A DNA stretch of 64,000 nt from Balanoglossus misakiensis (lineage: Eukaryota; Animalia; Hemichordata): positions 10,423,166 to 10,487,165 of the forward strand of contig CM082578.2 in NCBI GenBank assembly GCA_040954595.2, read 5' to 3'. This document shows, piece after piece, positions 21,801 to 35,139 of the stretch. The position numbers and the translations under genes were made by a program. Below the pieces are notes generated by a model. It was not told the DNA's origin and did not search any database. It worked only from the letters and a program-made list of their open reading frames with translations. Numbering within the stretch: position 1 is the stretch's first letter; each line of letters opens with the position of its first letter.

Positions 21801-23416
21801 TAGAGTAATACAGCATGACATGAGCAGAATATGTGTACAGTCTGTGATGAACGTTAATTGCAAAAAATGTCAAATGAAAACGTCGTGTGTAAAGGAGATC
21901 ATTTGTCTGACTGATGTTTTAACATATGCATCCCTTGGTTTTCTCATGAAAGATATTTTGGGCAAAGATGCACATTGTCCAAACACATCTTTCACAATTC
22001 TCGTTTAGTCAACTTCATCATCACCATGTTTATAGAAACTACCAGTACATTGTATAATAATGTAGTTGACAAAACAAATTTGGCCAGCTGCACATAACAT
22101 ACGATAAAACCAGCAAGACAGATGTTCCACTTTATCATATAGGGGAACAACTGTGCATATGTTAAAATAAAGTAATAAATACCAATTCATATATATAACA
22201 CCTACCATAGCCCTGCCAGTGCAGACTTGACACCCATGCCCTGTCCAAGACGCAAACCATCTCTTATATACTGTTCCATGTTAGAATAATCCCAAAGTCG
22301 AACACCACCACACTGATAAAAGAAACAGGGAAGAAATCAATAATGGATTTAACCCTTCACATAAATGCAATTAAAAAAAAACATTTAAAATAACCTGGGC
22401 AAGCAGTGCGGCTTGAGATAGATTTATTTTCAACTTGGAGATATCACTGCCCCCTCCCCCACATGGGACTGTGATGATACAACACCAAAGGATGGCATTG
22501 TGAGGTGTCATTGGAGGGTGGCCAGATAACCATCATGGGTGTGAACTGACCCTTGCTCGTGATTGGTTGATTCGCCGGTTGACTCCCGCCACCACGTGTT
22601 TTGTGTTGATTAATGACAACACTACCTCATCATGAAATGTGTCTGTATCTGCTAATGACTAGTATAATAAAAGGATTGGTATCTACACAGACTAAGAATT
22701 TATAATGCAACTCCTTTACTTATCGATTGTCGCTCAGCAGAATTCGCACATGATACCACCATATATTTCAGGGCCGGTGACCTCCGCCAGCGCGAAAATA
22801 TGGATCTGGGTTATGTACGACAAGAACAACGTGTACAATTTGCTATGACATCCAACTCGCACAAGCATCGGCCGAATAATGCTAATAGCCGGTCGAGTAA
22901 ACTCACCGCTTGTCCCCTGTTCGTGCGCCAAACAAAAGCACCAAGCAAGCAACCGGTTCGCCTGCCAAGTTGCAAGAACATGCCTTCGTGTTCATCATAG
23001 TCGATCTTGTCGTTCTTGAAAAACGTGCCGATCTGCTCCAGTTCCTCGTGTGACATCTTCACTCTCTTGTTCTCCCGGTCCCAAACCATGTAACACCGAT
23101 TGATACCATTCTCCTTCAAGAAATCGGCAAATGTGTGCGGGTTCCATTTGAGCATATCAGCCTTGGAGCTGTACTGGGCTCGTTGGCGAGCGCTGCTACG
23201 TGCGTCAAATATGATCGGAGAATGGCTTCGCTTGTTCCCCGAGTCTGACAACACCGTCCCGCCTTCATTTGTCTGGACGTGTCTCGACCTTGAGAATCCA
23301 GAAATGCATCTAACTGTCGGGCAGACCCTAACTTTTCGAGCTCTAACACAACCACTGTGTCTTGATAAAGCACAATTGACAATCCTTGCGGGATATTTCA
23401 GACAAATAAGGGCCAT
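15862..23416 (-). CDS. Glu/Leu/Phe/Val dehydrogenase family protein (leucine-dehydrogenase-like), about 525 aa, probable mitochondrial presequence
   Basis: Exons 23416-22907, 22312-22206, 20737-20616 (or 19776-19655), 18302-18177, 17787-17695, 17459-17353, 17161-17066, 16748-16605, 16363-16274 and 16044-15862 join in frame. Motifs: GGVR, GMGVKSALAGLWAGGGKG, YVTAEDVG, GSGNPSVATGKGV, Rossmann IQGAGNVA, CDILSPCALG, IVCGAANNQL, GITYVVDYLAN. The N-terminus is Arg/Ser-rich and poor in acidic residues. Confidence 0.92.
19655..19776 (-). CDS. Dehydrogenase exon 3B (duplicated alternative exon, GGGT copy)
   Basis: Polypyrimidine tract, then ttgag|G-GTTGGTGGAGGAACT...TGCTATG|gtaggc; 122 nt, same entry and exit phases as 3A; VGGGTGIVAEPKAKKHILPDFRASLFYDYGDFLTSLNGCY. 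The homology is clear; actual splicing is inferred. Confidence 0.7.
20616..20737 (-). CDS. Dehydrogenase exon 3A (catalytic-lysine GGGK copy)
   Basis: tttag|G-GCTGGTGGCGGCAAG...TGCTATG|gtaact; 122 nt; AGGGKGVVQVPSADKHLQQDYRAQIFYDYGDFLSSLNGCY. Confidence 0.9.
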
Positions 23417-24061
23417 GTTTGCGGCAATCTACACTGCAGCGCATACGATCACGTACGTGTAGTTATCGGGCCTGTCTGGTCAAACCGTTGCACAAGTCAT
23501 GATCATATATCCATGCCCGGCAAATTGTGAACAAAATACGTCCACGAAACACGCTTTTAACCTTCTGAAAACTGGAAGCTGTATAGTAATTGGCTTAAAT
23601 TTATGAAATTTCCTCCCGAATGGCAAAATAACTCCACTCGGCTTAATTATTTCCTAAAACACTAGGGTTTTTTTCGAGACACGGCGTATTGATATTTGGA
23701 GTCTGACTGAAATCGGGCCTGACTGAATGACCTCAGTGGTCGGCTTAGGACTAGGTTGTGTCGCCGATGTCTCGTCTGGTGATACAAAAGATGGGGCGTT
23801 TCGTGCACAGAAAGTGTTCACGATAACGTTCACATTAACTAATTAAAAACCAAAAACATCGAGAGGAAGAGTAGTGTGTGTGTGTGATGTATATTTGTGC
23901 AGCTCGCAGGGACTCTTTCTCAGAAAGCAACTTTCCACAATTCTAGTGACGTCACAGGCTGGTGACGTCATGACAGGGGATTTCCCCTCAGCGTTCCCAG
24001 TCATCAGTGCCCGAGACTCAAGGAAGTACAAGTAACTTATGCTGCTAACATCACAGCGAAA
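23417..24061. promoter_or_regulatory. Divergent (bidirectional) promoter region with CRE/ATF, NF-kB and ETS motifs
   Basis: 645 bp separate the two divergent ATGs. TGACGTCA at 23947-23954 and 23963-23970, GGGGATTTCCCC at 23976-23987, AGGAAGT at 24021-24027. Confidence 0.65.
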
Positions 24062-27000
24062 ATGGCGTCCTCAAAGAATATGATCAAGTTTGTGAATGAT
24101 ATACCCCACACGGCCAAAGTCGCCATGGCCCAAATCCTGGATCCGCCTGGCCCTATGAACTGGGAAACGTTAGGTAAGCTAACCCGCCTGCTGTGTGACG
24201 TTCGAGCGTTCTTCAATCTTGTTCGTGGACTGGCGATTAACGAACACGGAAGTGAGGACCGTGATGGCGTGTTAGGTGCTCAAACCTCCATTAGGACTCC
24301 CATCCTCCTCCTATACTGTGACTCTTACAGAATTAGGTGTTATAGTCTGTGAGTTGGTCAACTCGTGTTGTACGCGCGCGTGTTTACAATGTCACTGTAT
24401 TGGCAACAAATGCTGGTAGCACAACTACAGTCAAGCCATGGGGCTAACTCAATTTATGGGGGGGGGGGGGGCTTATATCGATAAATACAATGTACATGGA
24501 CATATATTCTTTGAGATGGGATAACAGGAAGTTCTTTCTCCTTGTTTACAGTATGTGTGTGTGTTATTTAAGCAATAAAACACCCCCAGCCATGGTATAT
24601 CACGAGATTTTGACCAGTTCACGACATATACGCACGAGCGATAGCGAGTGCGTATATGGAGTTGAACTGGTCAAAATCGAGTGGTATACCATGGCTGGGG
24701 GTGTTTTATTGCTATTATATTATGCCAGTATATTGAAACTTTGCATAAAACACTTTAAAAAGGCATTTTCTTTAACTATGATATATGACTGTGGTATATG
24801 GCTAATATATCACGGTCACGTGTCGTGTCTCGACCAATCAAATAGCGTGATTTAAACCATCAATATACTGGTATAATATAATAATTAATATAATACAAAA
24901 AAATCTGTGAAAAAATATGTGTGTTTATAATATATATAGGGAGCGATGCTATGGAGCAAATGAACCCTATATAACCCTAACCTCAACCCTAATCTAACCA
25001 TTGAATATACCCTAACTCGAACCTGTCATCAAACAAACAAACATGGCCATATTTGTAAACAAACACACAAACAAACATACTGGTATGTGATTTGCAATGT
25101 GACGCCTTGCTCCTGGCCAACGTTGATGTGATCATGAGTCGCAAGAGGGACTATATGATGAGCCCACTTCTTGTATTCTCTCACAACAACCAGAATACTT
25201 TCAAGAAGGTGTTTTGTTGTGTATAAACCCTTACTCTATGCTAACTCTAGAATTGAAAGGTTTGGAGGGTCATCATTTGTCTGAAAATCTGTCTCCAAGG
25301 TGCGTACTATTAATGAAAAAAATGATTTGAATAATCTTTCATTGTTTTTGCAGCTGGTTTGATGGGGTTTCCCTCTGAAAAGGTGCGTGTGTTTCACTTG
25401 GCTCTTCGGCGTAATTCCAGTCCCTTCAAAGATATGCTCACAGTGTGGGGTTACAAGAATCACACGGTGTCAGAGTTGTTCCAGCTCTTTCAGAAGATGG
25501 AGCACGTCAGGTGCATGGAAATCCTAAAGCCTTACGGTAAGCGATATCAATTGTCACATGCGCTGAAAACATCCCATCATTGTTGTGACTACATAAATCA
25601 TGTACATGTAATGAATAAGATAGAATTTGGCATTTGTATGTACCCCCATCATTATACAACTTCGGAAATAAAAAATCTGGTTGATTTTTTGAAAATCCAG
25701 TCTGGCTCCAAAAGAAAATCACACCAGTGTCATTTGCAGTGTTTGGACAGTATAGTGCCCTCTATAGGCAGACGATTGTAATAGCTATGGAAGGTGTAAC
25801 CTCTTCAGAGTCTAAACAACTTTGCTGCATAATCATGCAAATTGCATAGAGGGCTTCAGGTCTACCCCAAATCTGCTAGTTAAAAAATAATAATTACCAC
25901 ACCATGTAGTTCACGTAAGTTCATCACTTTTCTTCATCTTGTACAACTTCTGCTGTCTTCCGTTCTTGTGCCTTCAAGCATTCAGATTTGTGTGTGTGTG
26001 TGTTTGTTTTCAGTGGATCAACATTACCAAGAGATGATACCAAGTCACAACGAGGCGGCCGCTTCGTCGTTTTCTAAAGACAGCAATTTCAGTGGCGGCG
26101 ACGGCAGCGACAGTTCTCTTTGTCAACTGCAGCATCAGGACTCCATTCAGTACAGTGATCGACCGTTCGTAGACAGGCGAGGAATCAATCCGGACGGTAA
26201 ATTCGTTGTCTCTTTTTCCTATCATTGTCACGTTCGGTATCGGTCTGTCTTCAGAAACCTTGTATACCATTCACAGCACTGTTGACACCAAGAAACGTCA
26301 GCCATCTGTGCGAGCTGATCACGAACGTGCAGTGTCTATGAAAACACTGATGGTCACACACGCTGTTTGGTAAATACACACATGCATGTACTGCACCCTA
26401 TCACTAAAGATAATCTGTGTTATTGGGAAAATACAAACCCTGCTAGTCTATATGAAGCGTGCTGTTGGCCATTTTATTGTCAATGATTATGATCTCCCAA
26501 TGGGGAAGTATTGTACAGCCACATGTTCTTATATGTAATGTGTTCAACACGACCAACATACTCGAAAAGGATTTACGTGCAGCTTAATTATTGACTCAGT
26601 CCCTGAACACTGTATGCTAGCACGACCTTTAAATTTCCCCAGGCTATTTTTGACATACAGTGCATATGTCGTAAAACTGCTAAACACCACTGGTATTGAT
26701 AGATTTGTGAATGTCTTTTTGACAAAACGAAACAAAGATGTTGTTTTGGTGCATAAGCTCTTAATTATGATGTGAGCAAATTGATTCTTAGAACTGAGTG
26801 GTGCATCTTTGAGATGGCCTTGCAAGATAGATTGGATATGATGACAAATATATAATTGAGCAATCAACTTGTAAACACAGAACATTGCATTCTTCCGAGA
26901 TTACATATAAAGAGAAGAGGGTGGGAACATCAGGTCGAATTTGACAGGGAAAATATATATAATGATAAAGCAGGAGACAGCAACAACTTGGTAATTATCC

Positions 27001-30000
27001 AACAACGTAGGAAAAAACTCATTCCTGCAGATGTAAACAGCCCAAGGTTTTTAATTAATATACCTGACCCAGTTTTTAGAGATTGACGGAGACGTGTCCA
27101 CAACACTGAGCCTTGCCCACTGATAGTTTCAGTTTTCATATCCAGTGACGTGACGTCGACATGAGTCATGATGTTTTCACAGTTACCTTGGATGGAGCAT
27201 CTACTGCATATTAAAAGCGACCTTGTGTCTGTTTTTCCTCTCATTTCAGATCTCCCAATGCCAGTGCCCCCGCCACTGGAGTGTACTTGCGGCCACTGTC
27301 TGCTCGAGGAGCCCCTCCTGACTTCTGTTCCGCCATCCAGCTGTCGACTTCCACTGTCGTCGTCGACGACCTCAAGACCCGGTCACAAGTCCTCGCAGAG
27401 TTCCCCGCTTCCCACCAACATAGACAGCGTCAACATCGACTCCAAGAGCGGGAAGCATCAGCACACATCGAAGTCGTCCTCCTCCTCCTCCTCCTCGGCC
27501 GGTGTCTCCACCACTTCTTGCAACCTGTCCACGGGGGCCTTGACGGAGAGCCGCACCAAGGTGGTGGAGCTCGAGGACTATCTCAGCGAACCTTCCATCG
27601 ACAGTGAACTACTGGAAACGCTGCAGTTGCATGACATGAAAGAAACAAAGGAGATGACTCCCCAAGGTACTGCAACACCCTTAAAATCTCTATGTTATAT
27701 ATTGGTCCAACCTCTATTATTTTCTTAGGTTTTGACCCTTACACATCAAAAGGTGAAAGCTGGGTAACCTCAATTCTGCAAAGCATTTACCAAAGTTTTC
27801 TCGCATGCAAAATGTGGCTGTAGTGTCTACATGTATTTGATTTGTGGAAACTGATTCAAACCTTGATGAAAAGCAGCTGTACCTGCATGTTATCAGAAAA
27901 TTTCAGATGGTATGGGTCAGACTCAAAGCTGGTCATGGACAGCTTAATTATGAATATCTTGAGAAATCTTTTTTTTGCATCGACTCGGATTTCACAGAGC
28001 ATAGTGCGCTGATAACAGTGACAACTGAAACCAATTTAGCGCATATTACATTTGATAGGTTGAGTTTTAAATGACCTGCATATCACAAGAGGCCAATATT
28101 TACAGTTTCTGGTCACCTCTTATGATGTTGGACAGCACCGCTTTAGAATCATGACTGAAAAGGGGAAGTGCCCAATTTGTTTTAATGAAAACTACTCAAT
28201 CACTGTGTACAGATAAATCATGTCAACACTGCATTGTAACACTGACAGATAATTTAAAGGCATATTTGTTGTAAACTAATTCATTTCTATCTGTTTTTGT
28301 ATGAAATGCCATTGAAGTGGTTGGCAATGACGTGTTCTTCTTCATGGCTCAATCAGCACACTTAGAAATAATTGGCAAAATTATCAGGCTGTGAAATGTA
28401 TTTGAATAGTAAAATTGTGTTCTGTTTGCTTGAATATTGCTCCGCATGCCTAAGCTTCTGATGACTGCAAGTGATAGATGCCAATATGAGTTCTTGGTTT
28501 CAGTTTGATAAAAAAAAAGAAGAAAACAGCACCTTTTGTGTGCACCATGTGTATATATAGTCTAATGGGTTGTCTCCATGCAGAAAAAAAGAAACGTATG
28601 CAGATGTACGCTCTGGCTGCCATGAATCACAAGAAATACAAAGAAATCGTCAGCGGGACGGACGACTTCAATCCTAACAATCTGCTAGGAGAAGGTGCTT
28701 TTGGCAAAGTCTACAGGGCCATCTTGAACGAAACACCATTTGCTGTCAAGAGACTGGTGCAGGTATGTTGTCAGAACTAACAGTCTGTCTCATGTATTAA
28801 GTATGTGCATAAAAATCTAAAATAGGCACTACAGTTATCCCACAACTGTGGGCCAAGTTTTTGTGATTCTGAAATTGTAACTTAAGATCCTGCTAGTTTA
28901 AATTCCATCATGACAATATTTGAACTGCATAGCTCAGTACGTCAATTCTTGATGTTTGGTTTTTCTTTCTTTTGCAATGCAGCCTTTTTGTACTTGTGTG
29001 GGTGTACTATAAAAAATTGGCTGTGGGGAATTACTATACTGTGATGTGTGGATCAAATATCTTCTAAGGGTATTTACCATAGGGAGACCCCTCCACTGTC
29101 CCCAGCTGTTTGGAAACACCATCGACTTAGATAAGGTGCCCAGTCCCAGGATGCACCAGACGAGGTTTCATAGCTTCGTGATCTGGGGTGAAAATCATTC
29201 ACTTGGGGGGTCTCAATCGTAGTGTTGTCTGCTGCACATAGGGGGTTTCCCAACCTGTCTACGATGGTCAGTTCATCGTGCAATGGGGAAGGAATCCCCA
29301 AATTATAGCAAAGTCGTGAAACGACATAAACATCAAAACACGCTCAAGGGGAAATTCTCTGTCAAAAGATCCCTGATAGAAAAGTTAACTTTTCTGATCA
29401 TAATACACCTACACAATACGACTACCATACATATTTAATAGGGATCCTGTTTTTTATTTTCTCAGGCTGATCCAATGGATCTTGAAGCTGAGAAACGTGA
29501 CAAAATTGCCAGAAAATACCACTTCAATGAAATTGTTGCTTTGTTGAAGTAAGTACGGTACTGTTATACCTTTTGTATTCACACATGACTGCGGTGTTGT
29601 GGTCGGAATCCGTTAATTCGGGTGGCAAGGTGAGACCACGTCCATGGGGAAATAGGCTGTTGAACTGTTCATGATTTTGTTGTTTGCTGAGCTTAATCAT
29701 CAGAGGACTGGGTCTTATTTTTGTTTTGACTGGTTTTGTTTGGTTTTCAGGTATCGACACACCAACATTGTGCCACTGTGCTTTTACTCACTGGATGGTC
29801 CAGAACCGTGTTTGGTGTACGAATTCATGCACAATGGGTCGCTGCAAGATAAGCTGATTGCTAAGGTTTGTGGTTTTTCAACTGTGGTACAATTTGCATG
29901 CAGAGGTCTCACAGTGCAAGTTTTGTCGAATGATAATCAGTGTGTAGACTAAATGCTGTTTGCTCTTGTCACGAACCTGCCTCCTGGACAAATCCTTCAG

Positions 30001-33000
30001 CTGGTTTATTGGTGAGAAATGAGAAAATAACACAATCTTGTTTTTTTTTTGCGTGTTCATTCTTACAGAGACAGAGAACGTCCCTTCAGTGGCGTGAGAG
30101 GATGAAGATTGCAATGGGCTCAGCACGTGGAATTCAGTTCTTGCATAATGCCATGGACAAGCCTTTGATACATGGGGATATCAAAAGGTACTGTATTTCT
30201 CCTGGTGAGAGCCGTTGGGCCTGAACATGTACAATTTAGGGGGTGGGGGGGGGGTGAGGGGAATGAGTTAGCTCTTGCCCAAACACCCAACACGGTACAT
30301 ATCAAAATTGTCATAAGGCAGATTTGCTGAAACACGCAGGCTAACAAATAGCACATTTTATTTATTGACAACTAAAACCGAATCTTGCTTTTGTTTTCCA
30401 CAGTGCTAATATCTTGCTGGACAAGCACAATGAGCCCAAGATTGGTGATTTTGGCCTAGCCAGAGAAGGGCCGAAGGACTGCAAAAGTTACACAATACTG
30501 AAGACAGAGGCAGTGCACGGCACTGTTGTATATCTACCACCAGAATTCCTTAGAAGCTGGAAGTTGTCTACTAAAGTTGACAGCTACAGTTACGGTGTGG
30601 TAAGTGGGTTCATTTTTCAGCTCTGATTATGTATGTGTGTGTACCAATGAGAGCTTATGGGAACCTAGGGGAGCTTATGTGATCAGTCAGCATATGTCTG
30701 TACCTTTTTTCAGGTTTTATATGAAATTCTGAAGGGGCAGTTGGCATTTGAGAGAAGCAAAGAACAGCCTGACAAGTTACTGGTAAGTCAGCCTGCCACT
30801 CACAGACTTCGATTATTTCTAGGTAGTATATGATGTGAGAAAAAGAACTCCATTGTAAAATTATTTGAACAATGGATGAAAGTACATGTAGCAAATTTAG
30901 AACTTGAGATTTTCTTGAACCTGTAATTTTCAAAGCTGCCATTTTTTTTCTAAAAAAAATACACTGGCAAGTGTTCTGAATCATTATGTATCTCTACAAT
31001 TTGTTCGTTTTTTTTCTGGGCGTGTTCTAGTGAAATGTGACAGTGGTTAATTCACAATAAAAAATATCCAGCCAATCAAAAAAAAAATGCTTTCAATAAA
31101 TTTCCAGATGCAACTTGTTGAAAGCCTGGAAGACAAAGACGATCAGACCATCGTACAAACGCTGCGTGACCCGAGGTGTTCCAACTGGCCCCATGAGATT
31201 GTCGTTGATTTCATCAGCATCGCCAGGAAGTGTACAGCAGACAAACCCAAAGCAAGGCCGGAAGTCAAAGAGGTAACGATATCAATCTTTCACTGTGGTT
31301 TTCGACTGTGGTTTGGTCTAAATTTATTGTTTTCTACGATAAACCAGGACTTCTGTGGAGGGAACTGGGGTTGAAAGGGTTAAAAATGCGCATGATGCAA
31401 GGTCTGATGTGAATGTGATAAAATAGTGAAAACGTTTGGTACTGTTGAAATGAGAACCTAAATAATTTTTCTGTTTCAGGTGTTTGATGACCTGGTCAGG
31501 CTCGACCTGAAAGTGCAGATTATGAGAGATAACCAGCTTGGAAAACGTAAGTCAAGCCGGATTTTATCACTGATATCTGAATTAATAACTGGGTAATCTC
31601 TCCAGATAATTTCACGTGAAGAATGTTGGCAACAAACCATACGCCATTCTCTTCGTTTCTTTCCAAAGGGATATTACCATGGCCTTCAAAGATATAAATA
31701 TGGACAATGAAACATTCATTCTTCTGAGGGTCTCAAAGACTTAACACTCACATTCTGGTCCAACAGAAACTAATTTTACTGCCTTCCTCATTTTCACAGA
31801 ACCGGTTCAAAACACTGAACCGTACGAAGTCCAGCCAGTAACTGAAGGCAGGATTGAAGGACCACCAGCCAATCGAGACGCAGGCATGAGTCCAGCGGTG
31901 CCACCGAGAGTTCCCCTCACGGACGCACCCGCCCGGGTGCCAAGCGAACAGAGTGAAGAACCCGGCCACAGGGAGTACGACGAGTCGCCGGAGACCGAGT
32001 CCCCACGGCAACAGGAACTGGTGGAGTCCCCGGCACCGGAGATGACTCTGGAGGAGAAGGCGGCCATAAAGCTGAGAGAGATCGAGGGAGAGGCGGCCGG
32101 GCCAGGTGCCGTGGAGGCGGCCGAAGAACCGGTCCCCTACGAAGTGGCCACCAGCGAGCAGACCGAGGTCGAGGGCAGGCTGACGCCGGCGGACCTGCAG
32201 AGACTTGCCGAGCTGAAGCTTGCAGCTGAAGCCCCCGGGGAGGAAGCCAAAATAGAGGCGGTTATTGTGGACAAGAAAGGCGCCGAGACGTCTCCGCAGG
32301 ACAGCGGGCGATACAGCGACGCTGCCAGCGACCGCGCCTCGGAGGACGGACACCGAACTGCCAGCGAAGGATACGCCAGTGCAGCGACTGACGACACGCA
32401 AAACACCAGCCTGCCAACAGAGTACGAAGTCGGCCCTCACTCACCGGTTCAACGCCCTGTAGAAGTGTTGCAGACATACCAGTCCGACATTCACCGACAT
32501 CAAGGTTGCCAGGGTAGAAGTAGTCCCGATGCACCAGTGCCTCTACACCGATTTCCCACAAAATCCCCCGAGCCCTGTGAATCCACAGACTACATTCTCA
32601 CGACGACCCAAGGTGACAAGGGACCGACCGAGACCACGGAAAATCACCACCGGATATATCAAGACAGACTGGTGAGGATGCCCCAGGACACGCCAGAAGC
32701 TTACCCACAGACCCCCCAGGGTTACCACCTCCAGGACTATCCCAGAGAGCAGGTCAGGTACCAGCAGTCTCACCAGTCCCCACCCGTGGTGGGCGCACCA
32801 CGTTACCAGACAACACCCACCACTCCTACACAGAACTACCACCAGCACCCACTGGCGTCATCAAATCTACCAATGCACAGCCCATCAGGGTATCCACCTC
32901 CTGGCCAGCCCGTGCATATGTTGTACAGCCCGCCTGGCTACATGGGACCTGGCCAACCCATTCAGGGACCTTTACAATACCACCAGCCCATGTCACCGCA

Positions 33001-33892
33001 TTACTACGATCCTTATGTCGAGGAGAGAATGCAGGGATCACCTCGTTACATGCCTCAATACAACCCACATTTTCCGAACGGGGGCCGAGACTATGATTAC
33101 GGTCACCCACCAGTCATTTGGCACGATGATAATCAAAGAATCCCTGCAGAATCTCCCTGCGACTACTATGGTCCCTACGGGGAGGCATTCATAGACGATC
33201 CACTTCCAGGAGAAAGACCGTTTAGGTATTACCCTCCCAGCACACACCCTCACCCAAATCAGTGGGACCAAGGTCAGAATTTCCACCAAGGACAGCAGCA
33301 AGGGTTCGCTCAAGCACGTTACCAGCGGCAACTGTCAGAGGTTGACGACAGAAAGCCGAGGAGGAAGCGGTACACTCCTGACAAGCCTGTCAACGGCATG
33401 CCAGATACCAAAGTACAGCAGGACAGAACTGTCACAGGCAGCCCCAGGGGCAATGTAAGCCCCGGGCTGAGAGAGAGCCCCCAACGCAGCGTGCCCCCGG
33501 CCCTGCCGCAAGACGCCTATCGGCAACACGTGATGCCGCAGCAGCAGCAGCAGCAGAGGGATCTTCAACAGCGAGCGTTCCAGTCCCCGGCTGCAGCTGT
33601 CCACGGATATCCACCGCCCGCGCCGGGAATGGCGCCCGGAGCGTTCCAAGGCCCCGATCCCCGAGATTCGTACAACCCGCAGTACGGGAGAATGGATGCG
33701 TATCACGACGTTCACCCTGGGAATCCGGGTCTCGCCGCTGGCCAAGGTAGCAGCAGCGGCCAGGGGGTCTACTACACTCAAAGGCAGGTTCTGAACGAGG
33801 ATCCCATGCAACAGAGTAACCGTGATCAGCTGCACGGCGACCCCCAACGCAGGCTGATTCTCGGAAGAAGTGCAGAAATCAGTCATTGTTAG
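24062..33892 (+). CDS. Pelle/IRAK1-like kinase: death domain, Pro/Ser/Thr linker, kinase and very long C-terminal tail; 13 exons, about 1326 aa
   Basis: Exons 24062-24173, 25354-25536, 26014-26196, 27250-27666, 28584-28762, 29466-29548, 29751-29865, 30069-30187, 30404-30599, 30714-30782, 31108-31272, 31480-31546 and 31800-33892 are phase-compatible. Death domain WGYKNHTVSELF; GEGAFGKVY, FAVKRL, IRAK-type Tyr gatekeeper LVYEF, non-RD HGDIKSAN, DFG, GTVVYLPPE. Confidence 0.92.
24571..24713. repeat. 143-bp near-perfect palindrome (foldback/non-autonomous element) in kinase intron 1
   Basis: AGCAATAAAACACCCCCAGCCATGGTATA...GATTTTGACCAGTTCA...CATATACGCAC pairs with GTGCGTATATG...TGAACTGGTCAAAATC...TATACCATGGCTGGGGGTGTTTTATTGCT. 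Confidence 0.85.
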
Positions 33893-35139
33893 GGACACAC
33901 AGAACAGAAAACCAAAACTAAACAGAAGTAGAAAAAAATCACTTCAATATAATAATGCATTTAACCCAATGGTGCCACACCACAGGGATTTGAAAGTGGA
34001 GGGAGAGACAGTCATATTTATAATATATAGATATATATATAATTCAAGCAGAAATTGCTTTTATAATGAGAAACCCATTTGATTTTTTATTAATCCTTGC
34101 ATTGCTGATTTTACAAAGCCTTCTTGAGCAATAACTTTTGTATTAATTAATTTGTCTAAAAAATGGGAGCCATAGCAGCTTCCTTTTACAGTGTCAATAT
34201 CAAATATTATATGCAAATGAATAGTAGAATCTTGCATGTGTTCATCCAACTACCAGTTCGAAGTTTGTCATTATTTTCTTATCTTTATCATAAAAGTGTA
34301 TTTCTTGAAGTGACTGTTTTCGTCTAAATACATTTTCGATTTCCAAGTGCCTTTTAAGTATAACAATATACGTAGAAATTATATTTCATGCTAAGGTTTG
34401 ATTGTAAGTGTCATATTGTACACGTGAATTGTATATTAGTGGTACTCAAAACATTGCACGCTTAATAAACATTCAACACGAATGCTTTACATGAAATTTC
34501 TTACAAAAACAAAAATCAGCAACTCTTCTAAGCATACATTCACACAAGAACATCTTGACAGAACGCAGAAGACAACTAAAACTCTCCATGTTTATACTTA
34601 CTTTTTTATGAACAAATCCTCTGTGCAAATGTCTGGCTCTTCTTCACCTATATTCCGCCTTAAGTTATCTTATTACTGTAATCCCAATGCAACTGGCCTG
34701 GAATGTTTATATACCACTTCTTTGCCCTCAATCATGGTTTTTCATATGATGTACCAGAGTGTACGTTAACAGTTACTGTAAAGTGTGAATTGGAGAAAAT
34801 AATATTGTCACATTTAAATGACTAATCGAAATGTAAAGTTCTTATTGTCAGGAATTTTGAAAAAAAAGGTATAGTCTTATTTGCTGTAATATGCTAAGAA
34901 ACTTTGAATCCATGACTTTGAATTAAAAACAGGGTGATTTAACAGCACTATATGGAGAACGTGTTGTTTTTTTCATTCAGGTCAATTGCACATCCGAGCT
35001 GTACAATCTTGCAAGAAGGAGTGGACCCATGTCGTAATACGAAAGGAAGCAGTTTGTGATCTCGCTGAATGAGCTGGCTGCCCAACTGGACGGTGGGCCA
35101 AGGAGCTCAGATCAGACATGAAGTGAATGCATGATTAAG

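Noticed and set aside
24961-25020. Telomere-like TAACCC units
   Set aside because: Few and degenerate; probably part of a dispersed repeat rather than an interstitial telomere.
31748-33898. Several antisense ORFs of 90-230 aa over the kinase last exon
   Set aside because: They are shadows of a GC-rich coding exon with no recognisable motifs.
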